43,339 nucleotides of DNA from Eubacterium sp. GTDB lineage: Bacteria; Bacillota; Clostridia; Lachnospirales; Lachnospiraceae. The position numbers were made by a program, and so were the translations under genes. Location: the NCBI GenBank assembly GCA_017519155.1, contig JAFWSY010000083.1:1-43339 (forward strand), given 5' to 3'. Under the pieces are notes generated by a model. The model was not told the origin of the DNA, did not search any database, and was given only the letters and a program-made list of their open reading frames with translations. Positions 37,275-43,339 of the stretch are shown here, one piece after another; position 1 is the first letter of the stretch, and each line of letters starts with the position of its first letter.

Positions 37275-40200
37275 GTGTTAATACGACATGCAAAAAGATA
37301 TATAGCTGTAATAGTATCAATAGTTATGTTGATTTCTGTTTTTAGTGCGCCCGATTTTTCTATAAGTGCAAAGGCTGATTCGGAGCCGGTTACTTTTGAG
37401 CTGGGAATGACGGATGTTACGGAGCCCAAAACAGGAAATGTATTGATAGAAGTTCCTGGTGCTTCAAGAAAACAGGATATAGAGGCAGCTATTAACAGAA
37501 TAAATGAAATCAGAGAAGAAGCCTGCAGGGAGGGACTTGCCAAACCTAATGATGATAATGGAGAACAATTATCTGAAAAGCTTACTGAGGCTGATTACAC
37601 AGAAGTGGAATATTCTCTTGGCCTTGAGTGTGTGGCTCTTATCAGAGCAGCAGAGGCCGGTCTTTTGATGGGACATACAAGACCGAATTCACGTGGTAAT
37701 AAAGCGAGCGATATGAAGGCTATAAACGGATCCAAGGTATGGCTGGAGAATATAGCTTATTTTGAGGATTCTGACAATACATTATTATCTGCCGTAAATG
37801 CATGGTATGAGGAAAAGGATAATTATATAAACAATATTACTGCTGATAAAGATCCTGAGGGAAAAGGTTATGGACATTATCAGACCATGATCAATCCTGA
37901 TATAACCTGTGTGGGTATGGGACTGTTTGCCAATCCGGCTGTATCTTATCCTGAGATAATCACAGGAGAATTCGGGCATACAAAAGGCAGTGGAGATTTT
38001 TCGGCTACAATGGGTGTAAACAGAAAGTATACACAGCTGGTGGAAATTGATAATTCAAAGATCAATAAACTGAGTATATCAGGAGAAGGAATCTTTATTC
38101 TCGGTGAAGAGGATAAACTTAATGCCGTAGTCAGTACATCACTGGATAGTGATTTCAGTGCTGCTGTAAGTAAAGGAGTGACCTGGTCATCTGAAAACAG
38201 TTCTATAGTTTCAGTTGATGAAGCTACAGGTGAGGTAACTGCTGTATCACCGGGGCAGACTAAGATAATCGCTAAAATAGGTAATCAATTTACTGCTAAA
38301 AAAGATGTAATGGTATTAGATGAAGGAATATCAGTCAGTGAGGTTGTTCAGCCTGAAGATATAACTGTGGAGAACAGAGTCATTCCTGATCTTCCGGAAA
38401 ATGTAAAGGTTAATTTAAGTAACGGAAACAGCATCAATATCCGTGTTACCTGGGAAGACTATGACGAAAAAGAATTAAATACAACATTTACAAGTAATAA
38501 TTTCGTTATATACGGTGATGCATTTGGCTATGAGATAAGGCAGAATGTGCATGTAAAAGAAGTTTCAAATATCAGAGGATATGCAGATGTAGATCCTCTT
38601 ATTACTGACTCCGGAGTAGAACCAGAATATCCAAAGGCTTATATAAAGATAGCAGAAACCATGTATCCGGATCTTGAGGTAAGATGGGATCAGGCTTCAA
38701 AGGAATACTATAAGACCAGAGAGGGTGGAAGTTTCACACTGACAGGTGTTACTGAGTATGCCTTCAGAATGGAATCAGGAAGAGACGAAAGAGTCCCTGT
38801 ATCAACTACCTTGATAGTTAATCCGGCAACTGTATTGAGTGTTGAACTTGAGACAGATGAAATCACTACTGTGAGTGGAGTGAAACCGAATTATCCTAAG
38901 GCAAAGGTGTCCTGGTCAAACGGAGATGTATCTTATGAGGATGTAACCTGGACTGAAACAGATGATTTTCTAAACGGTTATAATGCACCGGATGGTGGAT
39001 CATATGTTATATCAGGTAAATTCTATGATTATATAAATAAGAAATATATAGATACTGAATTAACTGCAAATGTTGTTGTAAATGCCAAGGTGCTTGAAAG
39101 CTTAACATGGAAAACAGTTTCTTCGGAAGAGACTAATCCAAGCGGTACTGTATTCTATGACAGCTATGACTGGAGCAAGATATCGGGAACGCTTATTGCA
39201 AGATACAATGATAATACCGAGGAAACCCTTGATATTAATGACGATAAGCTTAGTGTTTCAGGATATGATGAGACTTCCAAGGAGAGCAGTCAGACAGTTG
39301 TATTCTCTTATTCTTACGGAAAATCAACAGTAACTGCAGAGATGGGACTTATTCTCTATCTCCCTAAAGAACTGGATATTACACCGCCGGATAAGACTGA
39401 ATATATAGAGGGACAAAGTCTTGTAAGAGACGGACTTGAAGTTGTTACAGTATATGATGACGGAAAAAGAGTTAACCCTAATGAGTCAGAGATAAAATAT
39501 ACAATTGAAGGATATAATGCAAATAAAGTAGGTGAGCAGGAAATAACAGTAAAGCAGGACGGAATAGAGGGAAGCTTTACGGTAAATGTTCTTCCTAAGC
39601 TTGCCACTAAGTTACAGGTTTCGGAGATACCACTTCAGAAGGTATCAACCGAACTGAATCTTGAAGGAGTTCAGGTAACTATTTCTTACAATGATGGTGA
39701 TTCCAAGACAGCCACACTAAGCAGTCTGATTGAGGAAGGCAGTGCCAGAATAGATGGTTATTCAAAGGACAAAGCAGGAACTCAGGCAGTAGTAATATTC
39801 TACAGTGAGAAATATTCCGGCGGAACCCAGTCTAATACTGTAAGAGTAGGAACCAGTATTACTGTAAAAGAAAAATTTGTCAGCAGTATTTCCGTAGAAG
39901 AATTACCTGATAAGTGCCAGTATGTTCAGGGCAACAAGCTTGATCTTACGGGTGCAAAGGTTCATGTATATTATGATGATTCAACAGAAGAAGTACTGGA
40001 TATAACCGAGGATATGATCAGCGGTTATGACAGCAGTAAAGTCGGCTCTCAGGTGATCACAGTAACACTTGAAAATAAAACGGATACATTTTCCGTAAAT
40101 GTTATAGAGAAAAAGGTTGTTACCAGATATTATAGTGATCCGGAAGTTTTAGAGTATGTTGAAGGACAGGGATTTGACTATAAAGGAATGGTTGTTCATA

Positions 40201-41372
40201 CAGAGTATAATGACAATTCCTCTACAGATATTAACCTTAATGAATCAACAGCTGAAATAATGCTTATTTCAACGGGAAGCAGCGGTGAAACTTTAGAGAG
40301 TGAAGAACTTAAGAATCTGGTTGCCGGTGAATATAAGCTGCTTGTTCTGTGTGATGAAAGTATCGTTAAAAATGAATCTGAAGAAGACGTTATAATCACC
40401 GTCAGAAAAATGGCTAAGGATGCAGTTTCCGGTCTGGCAGCTCCTCTTGATGTGGAACTGACAAGTGAAATGACAGATGAAGCTTTAAAGAATGTAGTAT
40501 CCGGAACTGTCATAGAGATACCTTGTGAAGGTGGAAATATAAAATATGAAATGAAGCCTGATGATGTTGTGGGAGTCAGCAGTGTAAAGGAATCAGAGGT
40601 TCCTTCATCATCCAGAGTTTCTGATAAAGATGTGGAATATAAAAAGCTGGCTGTAAAACTGTATCAGGAAGACGGAAAAGATGTTTGTACCTATATTTAT
40701 CTCCCGGTTAAGGTTACTAATAATCCAACGGCAGCACCTAGTCCTACCAAGGCACCTGCTGTAGCGACACCAACACCTACAGATAATGGACAGGGCAAGA
40801 AGCCATCACAGTCACCATCTCCGAGCGCTGCACCTACTGCATCGCCGGATAGGAGTGATACAAATGCTAAACCATCACCGGGTACAAAGGTATCTGCAAG
40901 TGGAGCATCTTATGTAGTTCTGGCAGATAATACATTATCGTATGCAGGCCCGGATAATAAGAAGATTACTTCGGCAAAAGTACCTGATTACGTGATAATA
41001 AGCGGAAAGAAATATCCGGTTACTATCATAGCAAAGAATGCATTTAAGGGTTGCAGCAAACTTACAAAGATTACCATAGGGGTAAATGTAAAAACTATCG
41101 GGGATAGTGCATTTTATAAGTGTACAAGTCTCAAGAGTATAGTTATTCCGAAGGCTGTTTCAAAGATAGGCAAAAAGGCATTCTACGGCTGTAAGAAGCT
41201 GAAGAAGGTAACGATCAAAACAACGAAACTGAAGAAGAATACGATTGGTTCAAAAGCATTTAAGGGCGTTTATAAAAAAGTTAGTTTCAAATGTCCTAAA
41301 TCAAAAGTGAAGAATTATAAAAAGTGGATAAAGAAGGCAGGGGCACCAAAGAAGGCAAAGTATAAAAAATAA
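37275..41372 (+). CDS. Large secreted protein: CAP domain, Ig-like repeats (Big_2/Big_4/Big_3-like), Pro/Thr/Ser linker, BspA-type LRR tail
   Basis: Signal peptide; RINEIR...HTRPN...ENIA...WYEEK...GHYQTMIN (CAP); WSSENSSIVSV; VTW repeats; PDKTEYIEG repeats; IGDSAFYKCTSLKSIVIP LRRs; GTG at 37275 after GAGGAG. Confidence 0.85.
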   Translation: MLIRHAKRYIAVIVSIVMLISVFSAPDFSISAKADSEPVTFELGMTDVTEPKTGNVLIEVPGASRKQDIEAAINRINEIREEACREGLAKPNDDNGEQLSEKLTEADYTEVEYSLGLECVALIRAAEAGLLMGHTRPNSRGNKASDMKAINGSKVWLENIAYFEDSDNTLLSAVNAWYEEKDNYINNITADKDPEGKGYGHYQTMINPDITCVGMGLFANPAVSYPEIITGEFGHTKGSGDFSATMGVNRKYTQLVEIDNSKINKLSISGEGIFILGEEDKLNAVVSTSLDSDFSAAVSKGVTWSSENSSIVSVDEATGEVTAVSPGQTKIIAKIGNQFTAKKDVMVLDEGISVSEVVQPEDITVENRVIPDLPENVKVNLSNGNSINIRVTWEDYDEKELNTTFTSNNFVIYGDAFGYEIRQNVHVKEVSNIRGYADVDPLITDSGVEPEYPKAYIKIAETMYPDLEVRWDQASKEYYKTREGGSFTLTGVTEYAFRMESGRDERVPVSTTLIVNPATVLSVELETDEITTVSGVKPNYPKAKVSWSNGDVSYEDVTWTETDDFLNGYNAPDGGSYVISGKFYDYINKKYIDTELTANVVVNAKVLESLTWKTVSSEETNPSGTVFYDSYDWSKISGTLIARYNDNTEETLDINDDKLSVSGYDETSKESSQTVVFSYSYGKSTVTAEMGLILYLPKELDITPPDKTEYIEGQSLVRDGLEVVTVYDDGKRVNPNESEIKYTIEGYNANKVGEQEITVKQDGIEGSFTVNVLPKLATKLQVSEIPLQKVSTELNLEGVQVTISYNDGDSKTATLSSLIEEGSARIDGYSKDKAGTQAVVIFYSEKYSGGTQSNTVRVGTSITVKEKFVSSISVEELPDKCQYVQGNKLDLTGAKVHVYYDDSTEEVLDITEDMISGYDSSKVGSQVITVTLENKTDTFSVNVIEKKVVTRYYSDPEVLEYVEGQGFDYKGMVVHTEYNDNSSTDINLNESTAEIMLISTGSSGETLESEELKNLVAGEYKLLVLCDESIVKNESEEDVIITVRKMAKDAVSGLAAPLDVELTSEMTDEALKNVVSGTVIEIPCEGGNIKYEMKPDDVVGVSSVKESEVPSSSRVSDKDVEYKKLAVKLYQEDGKDVCTYIYLPVKVTNNPTAAPSPTKAPAVATPTPTDNGQGKKPSQSPSPSAAPTASPDRSDTNAKPSPGTKVSASGASYVVLADNTLSYAGPDNKKITSAKVPDYVIISGKKYPVTIIAKNAFKGCSKLTKITIGVNVKTIGDSAFYKCTSLKSIVIPKAVSKIGKKAFYGCKKLKKVTIKTTKLKKNTIGSKAFKGVYKKVSFKCPKSKVKNYKKWIKKAGAPKKAKYKK

Positions 41373-41395
41373 AACAGTGATAATAGGAGAAGGGC

Positions 41396-43339
41396 ATGAG
41401 AAAAGTTAAATTTTTAAGTGTTATAAAAATATCAACTGTGGTTTTATCAATGGTTGCAGGCTTTACCGGTGCGACATATGGAGTAAATAGTGTTTATGCT
41501 GAAGATGTTGAGATAAGAGATAACATAGAAACTTCAGCATCTTCAGGAAAGATTATAATAGGGGTAGAAGGATATGATTATACTTCTGCCCAGCAGGATA
41601 TTATTGAAAGAATAAATGAAATAAGACATGAAGCTTGTTATGCAGGAAATGTACCGAATCCGAATAAGACTTCTGAATATTTAAAGCCTTCGGATTATAA
41701 GCCTATACAGCTGGGGGTAAGTTGTACAAAGGCAGCTACTATACGTTCGGCTGAAGGTGCTGTACGACTTGCACATGTCAGACCTAATTCTTATGCATGC
41801 AACACCGTGCTGTCACATTTTCTTGGATCAAGCATGGTATCTTCAGCAGAGAACTTGGCTTGGTCAAATGATCACAGCTCGGATCTTGAACAATGGTATG
41901 GTGAAAAGAAATATTGGGTTGATAAAAATACTTCTTATGAGACTGGACATTATACAACTCTTATTAATCCTAATTATACCTATTGCGGAATAGCAACCTT
42001 TAATCCGGATAATGATGAGATATATACTTCATCAGGCTGGAAGGCTGACTGGTGCTGTACTGCGGGTTCCTTTTCTTCGACAGATGTGGCTATAGCAGAA
42101 AATAATTATAAGGATAAGCAAAACAAACCGGTTATTCAGAAGATGGAAATGACTCCATCTAATGTTATAAATATAACTCCGATAGGTAATCCACTTCTTC
42201 ATGTTGGGGATAATAGCAAGTTTGAATTAGTTGTTGATGTTAAATATTCAGGAGCTGCTAATTGTACAGTTAAGAACTGTTCTGTTTATGATGGAATCAC
42301 CTGGAGTTCCTCGGATAGCACAATTGTAAGTATTAACAGTTCAACAGGTGCTGTAAGTGCAAAGAAAACAGGTCAGGTAACGATTACTGCAACTATGGGA
42401 TCGGGTAGTTCCATAAAGAAGAAAGAATTTGATTGTGTTGTTGTGCCTGCAGGAGTTGAACCTGTTGAGGCAGTAGATCCTGACATGGTTACAGTGGAAT
42501 CATATAAAACTCCTACACTAAGTAACAGTGTGTCAATTAAGCTGAGTGACGGAACAAGTATAGAAGTTTCTCCAATCTGGGATTCATATAATTCTTCTTT
42601 AGTTCAAACTCATTTTAAAAGCACAGAATTCAATGTTACAGGTAAAGCCTGCGGTCTTGATGTAGTGCAGAAGGTTCATGTTAATGCAGCTAAAATAACT
42701 AATGTCTTCTGTGAAGAAAAGCAGGGAGATACCTATATTAAAGTGACAAGTAAAACTACTGATTCAGGTACATCTGTTTCATATCCTTCATGCGGTATTT
42801 CTTTATCAAATGGATTAACTTGGACCTATCCTGCGACATGGACTACCAGACAGAAACAGAATTATAAAAATAGAGCCGGTGGTACTTTTACCGAAGAAGG
42901 TTATACTACCGTTTCAACTGATGAGGGTTCAAAGAAGCTTGAAATATCATTTGAACTTATAGTTAATCCGGCAAGTGTCACAAGCGTAGTTTATGATGAA
43001 AAAGAAATAACTACTCCAAGTGGTACTGAGCCTGTATATCCGGTTGCTACTGTAAAGTGGACTAATGGCGACATAGATGATGCTGACAGTCCTGGAGCGG
43101 AATATGGATATATCAAATGGGTTCAGACGGATGATTTTAAAAATGCGTATAAGAAAAGAAATGGCGGATCTTATGAGATAACCGGAACCTATTATGATGC
43201 CGTTAATGATGTATCATATAGTGATTCTACTACAGTAACAGTAAATGTAACTCCTGCAACAGTAACAAGTGTTGTTTATGATGACGATGAAATTGTAGTA
43301 GAGAATGGAACCAGTCCGGTAAGTAAGCTTCCTAAGAAA
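41396..43339 (+). CDS. Paralogous CAP plus Ig-like surface protein, truncated by window end (absent from ORF track)
   Basis: ATG 41396 after AGGAG; MRKVKFLSV...IERINEIRHEACYAG...HVRPN...ENLAW...WYGEK...GHYTTLINP...WSSSDSTIVSI; appears open to the window end. Confidence 0.88.
   Translation, partial: MRKVKFLSVIKISTVVLSMVAGFTGATYGVNSVYAEDVEIRDNIETSASSGKIIIGVEGYDYTSAQQDIIERINEIRHEACYAGNVPNPNKTSEYLKPSDYKPIQLGVSCTKAATIRSAEGAVRLAHVRPNSYACNTVLSHFLGSSMVSSAENLAWSNDHSSDLEQWYGEKKYWVDKNTSYETGHYTTLINPNYTYCGIATFNPDNDEIYTSSGWKADWCCTAGSFSSTDVAIAENNYKDKQNKPVIQKMEMTPSNVINITPIGNPLLHVGDNSKFELVVDVKYSGAANCTVKNCSVYDGITWSSSDSTIVSINSSTGAVSAKKTGQVTITATMGSGSSIKKKEFDCVVVPAGVEPVEAVDPDMVTVESYKTPTLSNSVSIKLSDGTSIEVSPIWDSYNSSLVQTHFKSTEFNVTGKACGLDVVQKVHVNAAKITNVFCEEKQGDTYIKVTSKTTDSGTSVSYPSCGISLSNGLTWTYPATWTTRQKQNYKNRAGGTFTEEGYTTVSTDEGSKKLEISFELIVNPASVTSVVYDEKEITTPSGTEPVYPVATVKWTNGDIDDADSPGAEYGYIKWVQTDDFKNAYKKRNGGSYEITGTYYDAVNDVSYSDSTTVTVNVTPATVTSVVYDDDEIVVENGTSPVSKLPKK

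Noticed and set aside
41757-41993. 78-aa plus-strand ORF
   Set aside because: Out-of-frame overlap within the long CAP-protein gene starting at 41396.

Overview
AT-rich Firmicute chromosomal segment. The gene set and protein style suggest Clostridia, probably Lachnospiraceae (inference). It is mostly core genes on the + strand: a tRNA methyltransferase tail, rsmI, a clostridial ferredoxin missed by the ORF track, pepD, mecA, hpf, secA, frameshifted prfB, hom, aspartokinase and a split transketolase. A minus-strand murT-gatD-sua5-rpiB operon diverges from an SH3-NlpC/P60 cell-wall endopeptidase. There are also two FtsX/MacB-type ABC systems (one with TetR and an MFS gene) and two tandem large CAP/Ig-fold surface proteins. 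I saw no transposase, integrase, phage gene, tRNA, rRNA or CRISPR array. The most interesting signals are non-coding: (1) a complete yybP-ykoY (Mn2+) riboswitch with promoter and terminator, placed in front of a DUF3137-LemA pair rather than a known Mn exporter; (2) a ~340-nt structured leader of mecA with T-box-like landmarks but no T-box antiterminator; (3) multi-hairpin intergenic elements capped by cGNAg DNA-type triloops; (4) two families of dispersed palindromic repeats; (5) paired WalR-type boxes; (6) a DnaA-box cluster; (7) a duplicated TetR operator; (8) an internal RBS for an aspartokinase beta subunit. All calls were made by eye; no searches were run.
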